Assembly: GCA_050287085.1 (NCBI GenBank)
Contig: JBNKBE010000012.1
Location: forward strand, 32,001 to 96,000
Reading direction: 5' to 3'
DNA from: Polyangiaceae bacterium
GTDB lineage: Bacteria; Myxococcota_A; Polyangia; Polyangiales; Polyangiaceae
DNA length: 64,000 nucleotides
Shown here piece by piece: positions 1 to 9,257 of this stretch. The notes under the pieces are model-generated. The model saw nothing but the letters and a program-made list of their open reading frames with translations, was not told where the DNA came from and did not search any database. The translations under genes and the position numbers were made by a program. Position 1 is the first letter of the stretch. The number at the start of each line of letters is the position of its first letter.

Positions 1-1
1 G

Positions 2-625
2 GACGGCACGGAGCCTAGCAACGGTCCAACGCTCACCGTCACGAGTCCCATCAGCGGGCGGATTCTTCGGGTCATCCAGGAGAGCGAAGGAGTGGTCGCC
101 GCCGGCACCCAGCTGGTGGAACTCGGCGACCCTAGGGCGCTTGAACTCGTCGTCGACGTACTCACCGGCGACGCCGTTTCCATTCACTCCGGCAGCGCAG
201 TCACGGTGGACGGCTGGGGCGGAAAGCCATTGCCGGCGGTGGTACGGCTCGTAGAGCCGAGCGCCTTCACGCGCGTTTCGGCCCTGGGCATCGACGAGCA
301 GCGCGTCAACGCCATCATCGATCTCACCGCTCCGTACGAGGATTGGCAGGCGCTCGGTGACGGCTACCGCGTGGAAGCAAGAATCGAAGTCTTTCGCGCG
401 GACAACGCAGTGCTCGTTCCACAGAGTTCACTATTTAGGCTGCGTGATGCCTGGGCCCTCTACGAAGTCGTGGAGGGCCGGGCAGAGCGACGCATCGTCG
501 AAATCGGTCGCCGCAACGACATCCACGCTCAGGTGCTGAAGGGCATTGCGCCCGGTGCCGAAGTCGTCATGCACCCAAGCGATAAGGTGACGGACCAGGT
601 CGCGCTGGCGCGCCTCCAAGACTAG
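2..625 (+). CDS. HlyD-family efflux/ABC transporter periplasmic adaptor subunit (5'-truncated by window edge)
   Basis: Frame open from base 2 (VTSPISGRILRV...GTQLVELGD...LELVVDVL...VSALGIDEQRV...GDGYRVEARI...VPQSSLF...VEIGRRN): membrane-fusion protein hallmarks. Confidence 0.85.
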   Translation, partial: DGTEPSNGPTLTVTSPISGRILRVIQESEGVVAAGTQLVELGDPRALELVVDVLTGDAVSIHSGSAVTVDGWGGKPLPAVVRLVEPSAFTRVSALGIDEQRVNAIIDLTAPYEDWQALGDGYRVEARIEVFRADNAVLVPQSSLFRLRDAWALYEVVEGRAERRIVEIGRRNDIHAQVLKGIAPGAEVVMHPSDKVTDQVALARLQD

Positions 626-656
626 GGGGCTGGCCCAATAGGCAGCGCACTAGTCC

Positions 657-2036
657 CTAGAGTGAACCTGCCCCAGGCTTCGGCTCCCCCACGGCAGCAC
701 TCAAAGCGGGTTCTGCCCAATCACAAGTGGTCCTCTCGTCAACGGATTCCGATGCAGCACGCTCCTCGAGCTCGATCGCATTCGATTCTTCTCCAGCATC
801 ACACGGCTTCGAGACAAGGGTGTTTATCTCGAGCTGCCCTGTGGGCTCTCCGTCGGACGGGTACTCGAGCGACAGGGTTATGCTGATTCGCTCGACCCCA
901 TCTAGCTCAACGTCCCGAAGTAGCGCTGCCAGCTCCCGGGCGCGGGCCTCGAACTCCCCATAAGCCGTCAACGACGCGGACTCGCTTGGAGCCGATTCTG
1001 CACGCGAGACAACCGTCAATGCGGCCGGAAGCGATAGGTTGACGCGTCCGTCCGCGCTCTTGAGAGCTATCTGCGGCGTCCCATAGAGAACGTCGTCGGA
1101 CGAGGCCCAATCCGCCTGCCAACACAGCTCAGTCGCGGGGACAGCCGAGATCTCTAGAGTCGTTGACGCCCCAGGGCCCCAATCAAGAGCCAGCGACCGG
1201 CGGTCTAGCCCGAGCTGCCACTCGCGAGCAGTACGCCCGCGCCACTGCCTTTTCCCGGCAAGCGAGCCCCCGCCGACGCAGCGCTCACTCTTGGGCCAAT
1301 AAAAAACTGGAGCACGGCTTTCGACGTCTTCCGAGTCCACAGCCCCGAAGACTGCATCCAGCTGCCCGTAGCTGCCCCTGTCGCTGAGCACACCGGTGAG
1401 CTGAAAGCCAGTCAACACCTGCTTCGGGGACAAGTCCACCTCGAGAGCTGCCGGCGGCAATGATGCTTCGAAAGCCACAGCTTCGGGGCGGGTTGTACGA
1501 ACAAGAACTGCAACCCTTTGCTCCACCTGCCCAAAAGCGCGGACCGTGCCCTCGTACTCGAGCTCCAAATACGGCGCACATGCCGGCACCTCGTTCGCGC
1601 TTTCGTAGGTCACCCAATACGCCGCGCTTGGCTTGGCCCGAAAGGTCACGTCCAGCTCAGGCGTCGTGGCCTTCTCGCTGAGCGAGACCCCCTGCTCGCC
1701 GGCGGCAAAGGTCCCTTCGGCGTGGACCCCACCCGCAAGCAGTAGAGCCACATCTTCGCTCAGACGCTCGAGCTCCGCGGCGTTCGATGCTTTGTCCGCA
1801 GGCCTGCGCCTTCGTATGCCTTCGCAATCCGGAACGTCATTCGGGAGCGCCTCCACGGTATCGAAGCCAGTGCCATCTCCCGTCTGTCCCCCCAACACGT
1901 CTTCGCCAAACGGTGGCTCCGTTCCCTCGAGCGGCTCGAGCGAACTGTAGTTGCACGCCGCGAAGGCAGCGCCCAAGCACCCAAGCAGACGGCGGCAACG
2001 GGCCGACGAACGGGGAAGCACGGAGGAGCAAGACAT
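657..2036 (-). CDS. Hypothetical lipoprotein
   Basis: Long ORF; likely start MSCSSVLPRSS with lipobox-like AFAAC; no recognised domain. Confidence 0.65.
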   Translation of the reverse strand: MSCSSVLPRSSARCRRLLGCLGAAFAACNYSSLEPLEGTEPPFGEDVLGGQTGDGTGFDTVEALPNDVPDCEGIRRRRPADKASNAAELERLSEDVALLLAGGVHAEGTFAAGEQGVSLSEKATTPELDVTFRAKPSAAYWVTYESANEVPACAPYLELEYEGTVRAFGQVEQRVAVLVRTTRPEAVAFEASLPPAALEVDLSPKQVLTGFQLTGVLSDRGSYGQLDAVFGAVDSEDVESRAPVFYWPKSERCVGGGSLAGKRQWRGRTAREWQLGLDRRSLALDWGPGASTTLEISAVPATELCWQADWASSDDVLYGTPQIALKSADGRVNLSLPAALTVVSRAESAPSESASLTAYGEFEARARELAALLRDVELDGVERISITLSLEYPSDGEPTGQLEINTLVSKPCDAGEESNAIELEERAASESVDERTTCDWAEPALSAAVGEPKPGAGSL

Positions 2037-2490
2037 CGGTTCACTATGTCGATGATGGTCTCCCCTGTCCAGGGTCGCTACGCACGTACTGTCCAGGCAG
2101 GACGCGCCCCAATGTGCGAATTGACCCCATGATCCGGGGGCAATTTTCACAACGTTGACATCGCTGGTCCGAATCCAACGGCGCCCACCGTGCTCCGGCT
2201 GCGCCGCCACCCCCGAGAATCGCGACCCGATTCGCTCAAGGGAAACGCGGCGTAGCGACGGCTGGCGCGGGGCTCCAAGACCGTCGCCCAAGTCGTCGGT
2301 GTGGCGACTTTCAGGCGCGGTACAGACCTGGGACTACGCCGTCCTCATTCTCAAATGGCAGCACACCGCCCAACGCCCAGAGGTAGGACTTGGTTTCGTC
2401 AGCAGCGGCAGAGCGGGCCGCCTCCCAGTCGGATCGTGCTCGGAACGCGGCACCTTCGCGAGCCCGCGAAGACCCACAGGGTACGAGCGC

Positions 2491-3786
2491 TCAACCCGCC
2501 GCGACCCAGCCAGAGTGTCGACGGCGCGACGGGATAAGACCCATCAAGTGCTTAAAAACCACGTGCCGGTCAAAGCGCAACGCATGGCCCAGCGCGCGCT
2601 GGGCCAGCTGCTGCTTGGCGCTGTGGGTCATACCGTAAATGGCATAGTCAAGCGCCCGCGCAATCGCGTCCGGACTCCCCGCTTCGATCTCAATGGCCGT
2701 ATCCCCCACCGCCTCCGGAATCCCTCCGGTTCGCGTCGTGATCACGGGTCCCAGACCTCCGACCAGCATCTTCTCGGCCAGCGCAATCCCAAATGTTTCC
2801 ACGAACTCCGGACGGGGCTTGCTCGGGAGCACGTACGCAAGAGCTCCCCGCATCAAGACCTTCTTCTCTTCATCGTCGACATCGAGCAGGAGACGAATAT
2901 TGGGATCCTCGGAGGCGATCGCTGTCACCAGCTCCCGCGCGGGACCGTTGCCCGCAATGACAAGGGGAAAGCGGCCATAAGCGGCGCTCAGCTGATAGCC
3001 CCGAATCAGATCGTCGACGCCCTTGGCTAAGGCGATGCGCGATAGGAAGAGCACATAGCCCTCGGACTGCAGACCCCGACGCGACAACACGGATCCTACC
3101 TGGTCACTGTCGAGTTCGACAAACGAGCGCGTATCAATGGCTGGATAGCTCACCGATACGCGCTCTCGGCAGCGCGCCGCAAAGGTCGTTCCACAGGCCG
3201 CATCTACCTGCTCCGCGGATCGGATAATGAGCTCGCGGGTGAACTCGGAAACCGCAACGCAGACGTCTTGCGCAAGGTACATCGAATAGAGCAAAATGGC
3301 CGGACCGAATCGTTGTTCGCGAACGGCGTTGCGAACGACATTCGTGATGTCCGAGCCAACGGCCTCCGCGATGGTCACGACGTCCACCGGCAATCCCGTG
3401 GCGCGTGCCGCGTTGACCGCGTTGTCAACAATCGAAAGGTGCGGCAAAAGGTACATCGACATGACCACCGTTTCCACGCCTTCCAGCAGCAGCTCCACGA
3501 GACGCCCTTCGAGCCCAGTGCAGAAGCGACCGTCAGGAACTTTATAGTCCCCCACGGGAGCCGGCCGCTCGACGGTGATTGCCGAACTATAGGGCAGTAT
3601 CGCTCCCTCCGGTTTCATTGGAAGCCCCGCCGCACGGATCGCATCTATCGGCCAGGTAAGAATACGGACGTCGGTAAACCCTAGCTCCAACGCACTTTCG
3701 GCGAGATTGCGAGCTTCTGAAGAATGTCCACAAATGACGGGATCTGCGCGAACGACGATAATGAGACGTCTCGTATTGCGGGCCAT
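2491..3786 (-). CDS. Glycosyltransferase family 4 (GT-B fold)
   Basis: FLSRIALAKGVDDLI, VLPSKPRPEFVETFGIALAEKM (E-x7-E), GGIPEAVG; SD GGAAGGA before ATG at 3786 (alternative ATG at 3825 overlaps the upstream stop). Confidence 0.88.
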   Translation of the reverse strand: MARNTRRLIIVVRADPVICGHSSEARNLAESALELGFTDVRILTWPIDAIRAAGLPMKPEGAILPYSSAITVERPAPVGDYKVPDGRFCTGLEGRLVELLLEGVETVVMSMYLLPHLSIVDNAVNAARATGLPVDVVTIAEAVGSDITNVVRNAVREQRFGPAILLYSMYLAQDVCVAVSEFTRELIIRSAEQVDAACGTTFAARCRERVSVSYPAIDTRSFVELDSDQVGSVLSRRGLQSEGYVLFLSRIALAKGVDDLIRGYQLSAAYGRFPLVIAGNGPARELVTAIASEDPNIRLLLDVDDEEKKVLMRGALAYVLPSKPRPEFVETFGIALAEKMLVGGLGPVITTRTGGIPEAVGDTAIEIEAGSPDAIARALDYAIYGMTHSAKQQLAQRALGHALRFDRHVVFKHLMGLIPSRRRHSGWVAAG

Positions 3787-3824
3787 GAGTCCTTCCCGCC
3801 GCAGTCTCCTAGGAACATGCGGCA

Positions 3825-6005
3825 TCAAGTGAACGATGGTGGACGATGCACGCTACCCCATGCACCGGGAGCGGTAGAAAGCTCGACGACGAGTTCCCCC
3901 CCAGCGAGCAACTCGTCACCAACCAGATAGCTTCTGTCCAACTGGACGCCATTCAACGTGACACGAGTGACATACCTGGCGTTTTCACCATTGTTTCGTC
4001 TAGAAATTTTGAGGCTTCGAGTCCCAACACGAAGGACGATGTGGTCAAAGCGGGGCGCTGCAATCAGGAAGACACACTGCCCAGCAACCGGAAACAACCC
4101 AATGCAGACCCATACATACCAAGAGGACAATCCACCTGAGTCGTCGTTGCCGGCAAGCCCGCCCCGCCCGTCTGCAAACTGATAGTTGATGATATCATGC
4201 AGCACGTCCGCCGTGCGATCGGGACGCCCCGCGTAGTAGTACGCAAAGGGCACCTCCATGTCGGGCTCATTGTTCAGCCCCTCGAAGCGGGCCAATGCAT
4301 ATCCTCGCTCCAAAGCATCGCCAAAGGGCGGTTGTCCGAGTTGGACAACCGGTGGCGCGCCATACCCGAAAAACGCATCAAGCTGAGCGACGAAGCGCTC
4401 GTCCCCTCCCGATAGCTCGATGCGTCCAGCCATATCGTGGAGCAATCGAAATGAATAATTGTGGCGCGTCCCTTCGTAGTAGGTCGAATCGACAAGCAAG
4501 CCCGTGGCCGGATCGTAGGCGGCACGCCACTTGGCCGCGTGCACATCCATGCGTGCGGCCAGAGCCTCATCGTCGAGTTCACGCGCTACCCGCGCCGTAC
4601 AGAAATACCCATAGGCGAGATCCAGTGTGTGAGTGATCGGGTGAACGATACCCTTCTCGAAGAACTCCTCGCCGTAGGTTCGAGCCAAATCACCGTGCAT
4701 ATGCGAAAGCGCCCACTCCCAATCGATTCCGGGAAGACGTAGCCGCCTGGCATCTGCAAGTGCCGTATGTGCCAAGGCGCTGGCTTGACGAAAGAACCGA
4801 TCAGCGCCGCGCGCCATCCGATAGCCGATGGGGAAGTTGCCCTCCTCTTCACGAACACGCAAGAGTGCGTTGAGCAGTTGCGTGCTCTTCTCCGGATAGA
4901 CAACGCTTAGCAACGGAAGCTGCGTCTTGTAGATATCCCACATCGTGCAGATATCGAATACGAAGGGCCCTGCGCTATTCCAAAACGGGCTCTCGTCATG
5001 AGCAAAGCAGGGCTTTATCAGGGAATGATAGAGCGCTGTGTAAAAGACTTTGCGCTCTCGCTCGCTCCCTCCATCTATGCCGACGCGCGTGAGATGCCGC
5101 TCCCAGCTGCGACGAGTGCCCGCTCGCACCGCATCGAACCCTCCGCTTGTCTGAGCCTCGCAATTCGCACGGGCTTGCTCTACGCCCCGCAGAGAGAAGC
5201 CGATCCGCAGCTCGATTTGCTCTCCCGCCCGAAAGGGCCCCGAGAACACCAGCCCGAATGACCGCAACGTCGTTTCTCGGATGTAGTCAAAGACAAGACG
5301 CGTGCCTCCTTCAACAGCCTGCCTGTCGTACCACAGCGACTGACGCATATCGCTTCGACTGACGTGGATGAACACACTGAGCGGCACGCCCTCCATGACA
5401 ACCGTACCCTGAGCGAGCCCGGGACCCAACAGTTCCATATCAGCGCGGCTTGGCAACGTCCGACCGTGTTCCAGAGCAAGCCCACCACAGCTGAAGTCGA
5501 TCGCGATCCGGGCCGGGCCCGTCTCCGGGAACGTGTAGCGGTGTACCGCTGCCTTCTCCGAAACTGTGAGCTCTGCCAGCACCCGCGTCTCCCGTAGCGT
5601 TGCGCTGTAGTAGCCAGGCTCGGCGCGTTCTTCGTCGAGCGTGTATCGGCGCCCCAATTCCCCGAGCCCTTCGAGCATGGGGGTCACGCGGAAGTAGTTG
5701 TAGTACTTGCGGATAGCGCCCGTTCCAGACTGCTGGAAGTGAGTGAAGCCGGTTGCCGAGTATTCGTCAAAAAGCGGGACTGGAGCCCCCTCCGTACCTT
5801 TCTGATAGAGTCCGTAGCCAGTGGGATAGGCGCCCGAATAGGGGCACGCCGAAACCATGCCGAAAGGTGAACATGCGCCGGGATGTGTGTTGCCCACCTG
5901 CGGCTTCGGCCACCACCAAGTCCTGGCCAGCCCTTGGGGCTCAGGCAGCTGTGCTGCGGCGCAGCCAATAAACGGATCGACCTCCGAGACAGGGCTTCTG
6001 GGCAT
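3825..6005 (-). CDS. Glycoside hydrolase family 92 (alpha-mannosidase-like), no signal peptide
   Basis: VDPFIG, GNTHPGA..PFGMV, GFTHFQQSGTG, FYTALYH, WDIYK, YYEG, NNEP, GNDDSGGLSSW. Confidence 0.9.
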   Translation of the reverse strand: MPRSPVSEVDPFIGCAAAQLPEPQGLARTWWWPKPQVGNTHPGACSPFGMVSACPYSGAYPTGYGLYQKGTEGAPVPLFDEYSATGFTHFQQSGTGAIRKYYNYFRVTPMLEGLGELGRRYTLDEERAEPGYYSATLRETRVLAELTVSEKAAVHRYTFPETGPARIAIDFSCGGLALEHGRTLPSRADMELLGPGLAQGTVVMEGVPLSVFIHVSRSDMRQSLWYDRQAVEGGTRLVFDYIRETTLRSFGLVFSGPFRAGEQIELRIGFSLRGVEQARANCEAQTSGGFDAVRAGTRRSWERHLTRVGIDGGSERERKVFYTALYHSLIKPCFAHDESPFWNSAGPFVFDICTMWDIYKTQLPLLSVVYPEKSTQLLNALLRVREEEGNFPIGYRMARGADRFFRQASALAHTALADARRLRLPGIDWEWALSHMHGDLARTYGEEFFEKGIVHPITHTLDLAYGYFCTARVARELDDEALAARMDVHAAKWRAAYDPATGLLVDSTYYEGTRHNYSFRLLHDMAGRIELSGGDERFVAQLDAFFGYGAPPVVQLGQPPFGDALERGYALARFEGLNNEPDMEVPFAYYYAGRPDRTADVLHDIINYQFADGRGGLAGNDDSGGLSSWYVWVCIGLFPVAGQCVFLIAAPRFDHIVLRVGTRSLKISRRNNGENARYVTRVTLNGVQLDRSYLVGDELLAGGELVVELSTAPGAWGSVHRPPSFT

Positions 6006-6209
6006 ACACCAAGATTAGTGCAAACTCGACGCCGCTCCCACTACTTGAGCGACCACGAGCACTGGACGCGTTGCCTCCATCTCCTTCGCCGCCTCCGGAA
6101 ACGTGTACGATACGCGGCCGCACTCGTGCTGAATCGGAGTTGGCTCGCACCGGAAGAGCTATCCTAGCTCCTGAGCCCAGTCGCAGCTCGCAAGAACGCA
6201 GGAGGGGTC

Positions 6210-7523
6210 TCAAGCGCTGGCTTGAGTCACCGCTTGACCCATGCTCGCGAGAGCTCGACGCAGCTCTGCGATCGACGCAAAGCCATAGGAAAGGCGCAGC
6301 GAGCGCGACGCCCGTTCTGCACCGCTGCTGCGCGGATGAACGCAAAGGCTGCCGGGCAGGTACAGCACTCGAGGCGCGCCGTCCGGGGTCGATCCCTCCC
6401 CACCGGTCATGAGCCGAAAAAAGGGTGAACCCTCATCCGTGCGCAAGCGGGCAAACGTAAGATACAAGTAGAACCCCGCCTGTCCACCGCAGACGCTCTC
6501 GACGTGGGCACCTAGATGTTCGTCGACGAGGTCGCGCACCAAGCGCGCTCTGTAGCGATAACCCTCATTCACCTGGCGCATGTGTTCATCAGCCTCAACG
6601 TCCAGCATGCGCGCCGCCACGGCCTGCGCCAAAGGAGGTCCGCTGAAGCCGACGTCGTTGACGCGCGAGCGCAACGCTTGCATCAATGGGCCTTCGCTTC
6701 CCATGGCATAACCCACCCGCAGTCCCGGACACAGCAGCTTGCTGAGCGTCCCAAGCTCGAGCACAACGCCTGCTTCGTCAAACGTCAGTGCTGAGGCGGG
6801 CGCCTTGAGTTCGGGATCGTGCAGCAGGAACTCGTAGGCGGCATCACAGACCAAGGCTAGAAGCTGCCCATTGCGATGCGACGCCCGAGTAACGAGCTCA
6901 ACGGCTTCCGCTCGGCGCTGTTCACTCCACAGCGCCCCCGTAGGATTGCCGACCGTTACATGGTAGACAAAGCGCAGGCGCGAACCGTATTGCAAGAGTG
7001 CCGACGCGAGCGCATCAGTCCGCATGCCCTCAGCGTCACTCTCGACCGGCACCACCTCGAAACCCATGCGTTCAAGCAAGTGGCAGTAGATGTAGTACTG
7101 AGGATCGGTCGTCAGCACGACGCCGGGCGCCATCACAGCACCGATCGCTTCCAGCAGGCTGGTGGCACCGCTAGCCCCGACGAGATAGGACAAGCGGGCC
7201 AGTTGCTCCTCACCCAGCGCCCCGATGCGATTGCGAACGAAGAAGCGCTGCAGCGCCGCCACGAAGGCCGGCTCCCCCGCTGGCATGCCGTAGTTGAAAC
7301 AATGTGGATAGTCCGACTCGTGCTCGGCCACATGCTGCAACGCGCGCGTGAGCGCGACCTTAGGCATGCTAGCTTCGTTCACATAGCCAACCCCCAAATT
7401 GACGTCGACCCCAGGACGGAAACGTCCCGAGAAGTCCGCCATCATGCGCCCAACGGGTGAAGGCATCACCGCTCCTTTTCCGTATGCAGAAAAGGAGGGT
7501 TGGAGGGCGGAGAGCTGTGTCAT
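6210..7523 (-). CDS. PLP-dependent aminotransferase class I/II (MocR/LysN-like, no HTH)
   Basis: GNPTG, DAAY, GTLSKLLCPGLRVG (PLP lysine), GFYLY, LRLSYG. Confidence 0.85.
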   Translation of the reverse strand: MTQLSALQPSFSAYGKGAVMPSPVGRMMADFSGRFRPGVDVNLGVGYVNEASMPKVALTRALQHVAEHESDYPHCFNYGMPAGEPAFVAALQRFFVRNRIGALGEEQLARLSYLVGASGATSLLEAIGAVMAPGVVLTTDPQYYIYCHLLERMGFEVVPVESDAEGMRTDALASALLQYGSRLRFVYHVTVGNPTGALWSEQRRAEAVELVTRASHRNGQLLALVCDAAYEFLLHDPELKAPASALTFDEAGVVLELGTLSKLLCPGLRVGYAMGSEGPLMQALRSRVNDVGFSGPPLAQAVAARMLDVEADEHMRQVNEGYRYRARLVRDLVDEHLGAHVESVCGGQAGFYLYLTFARLRTDEGSPFFRLMTGGEGSTPDGAPRVLYLPGSLCVHPRSSGAERASRSLRLSYGFASIAELRRALASMGQAVTQASA

Positions 7524-7546
7524 CGGAGCGGAGTCCGTAACTGCGT

Positions 7547-9136
7547 TCAGCCTGAGTCGCGCTTGCCTTCGCGCAGCGCCCGCTGCACAACGGCCGCGGC
7601 CTCGTCCACCTTGACGCGCTCCTGGCGTCGACTGTCGCGATACCGAATCGTCACGCAGCCGTCGTCCTTGGTGTCCCCGTCGATTGTCAGGCAATAGGGC
7701 GTCCCGATTTCGTCGTGTCTTGTGTAACGCTTGCCAATCGTATGCTGCGAATCCAGTTTGGCGTTGATACCAGACTGAAAGAGTTCGTCCGCAATAGCGC
7801 GAGCCGTCTCCGGCATGCCTTCCTTCTTGACAAGCGGCAACACGGCCACCTTGTACGGTGCAAGGCGCGGGTGCAAGCGGAGAACGGTACGCGCCCCCTT
7901 CCCATCGGCATCCGCAGGCTCTTCGTCGTAGGCGTCACACAACAATGCCAATAAGCCGCGCGTGGCGCCCGCAGCCGGCTCTATTACGTGGGGCACGTAC
8001 CGCCATCCCTTTTTGCCCGTTTCGGGATCGATCGCTTCCGGATCGTGGTAGGTCAACTTCTTGCCGGAGCCGGCCGAATGTGCCTTGAGATCATAGTCGG
8101 TGCGGGAGGCAATGCCCTCGAGCTCATCCCATCCCCACGGAAACTCATACTCGACGTCAAAACAACCATTGCTGTAGTGAGCCAGCTCGTCGGGATCGTG
8201 CGGCCGTAGTCGTAGTCGTTCGGGGCGCAGGCCCAAACTCTGCCACCACGCGCGGCGCTGCTCCTTCCAGTACTCCAGCCACTTGGGCCCCTCGCCAGGC
8301 TCTACGAAGTACTCGAGCTCCATCTGCTCAAACTCGCATGAGCGAAAGATGAAATGCTCAACCGTGACCTCGTTGCGAAAACTCTTGCCCATCTGGGCAA
8401 TCCCAAAAGGAACCTTCAACGATAGGCTCTGCTGCACATTCTGAAACTGCACGAACATGGCCTGTGCGGTCTCGGGCCGCAAGTACACGCTCGAGTCCGA
8501 TAGCGCGCTCTCGACCTTCGCGCGCAAAGCTGCATCGTCCAATCCCTCGTTCACCCCGGCCTTAACCTGTTCGATGACCCCCCCCACGGGATCGAGCGGA
8601 CCTAGGCTAGTTCGAAACATCAAGTTGAACGCCCGCTCCGAACTCAGCAGGGGCGAACCGCAATTGCTGCACACGTACCCGCGCTCATTGCCGGTGGCGC
8701 CCAATAGCTCGGCGCCCTGCCGCTGCAATTCGATGCCTTGCCGAGCTAGCGATTCTTGTGCGACCTTGGCCCTGCCCTTGTCGCTCAGGGTGATCGGAGC
8801 GGGTGCTCCCGGGGCTAGGCGCGGGGCCTTGTCCGCGCGAAAGCGCTCCCCACAGACTTTGCAGTCGACAAGCGGGTCACTGAAGTTCGCCAGGTGCCCA
8901 CTCGCCCGCCACACGTTGGGATGCATGATGATGGACGCATCGATACCGACGATGTCCTCGCGCTGATGCACCATGGCGCTCCACCACTCCTGCATCAGGT
9001 TGCGCTTCAACTCGGCCCCCATGGGCCCGTAGTCGTAGGAGCTCTTGAGTCCCCCGTAGATCTCGGAACTCTGAAATACGAAGCCGCGACGCTTGCACAG
9101 CGACACGATTTTCTGCATCAACTCGGGCTCAGCCAT
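7547..9136 (-). CDS. glyQS: Glycine--tRNA ligase, alpha2 type
   Basis: LCKRRGFVF, YDYGPMG, YLRPETAQ, GKSFRNE, FEQMELEYF, ELEGIASRTDYDL, IGKRY..HDEIGTP anticodon-binding domain. Confidence 0.97.
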   Translation of the reverse strand: MAEPELMQKIVSLCKRRGFVFQSSEIYGGLKSSYDYGPMGAELKRNLMQEWWSAMVHQREDIVGIDASIIMHPNVWRASGHLANFSDPLVDCKVCGERFRADKAPRLAPGAPAPITLSDKGRAKVAQESLARQGIELQRQGAELLGATGNERGYVCSNCGSPLLSSERAFNLMFRTSLGPLDPVGGVIEQVKAGVNEGLDDAALRAKVESALSDSSVYLRPETAQAMFVQFQNVQQSLSLKVPFGIAQMGKSFRNEVTVEHFIFRSCEFEQMELEYFVEPGEGPKWLEYWKEQRRAWWQSLGLRPERLRLRPHDPDELAHYSNGCFDVEYEFPWGWDELEGIASRTDYDLKAHSAGSGKKLTYHDPEAIDPETGKKGWRYVPHVIEPAAGATRGLLALLCDAYDEEPADADGKGARTVLRLHPRLAPYKVAVLPLVKKEGMPETARAIADELFQSGINAKLDSQHTIGKRYTRHDEIGTPYCLTIDGDTKDDGCVTIRYRDSRRQERVKVDEAAAVVQRALREGKRDSG

Positions 9137-9257
9137 GGCGCCCTATTACCAGCTCTGCGCGCGCCTGTAACCCGCGGAGCAGCGCAACCCTCGGCGTCGG
9201 GGCGGGGCCAGAGGCCAAATGGTTCGACGACCGGCCTCTCCGAGCGAACTGAGATGC

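Noticed and set aside
2037..2291. N-terminal extensions given by the ORF track (here and for 6210, 13401, 17118, 25266, 31027, 34925, 37424, 50766)
   Set aside because: Signal peptides or conserved domains begin at downstream starts; extensions overlap neighbours or look non-coding
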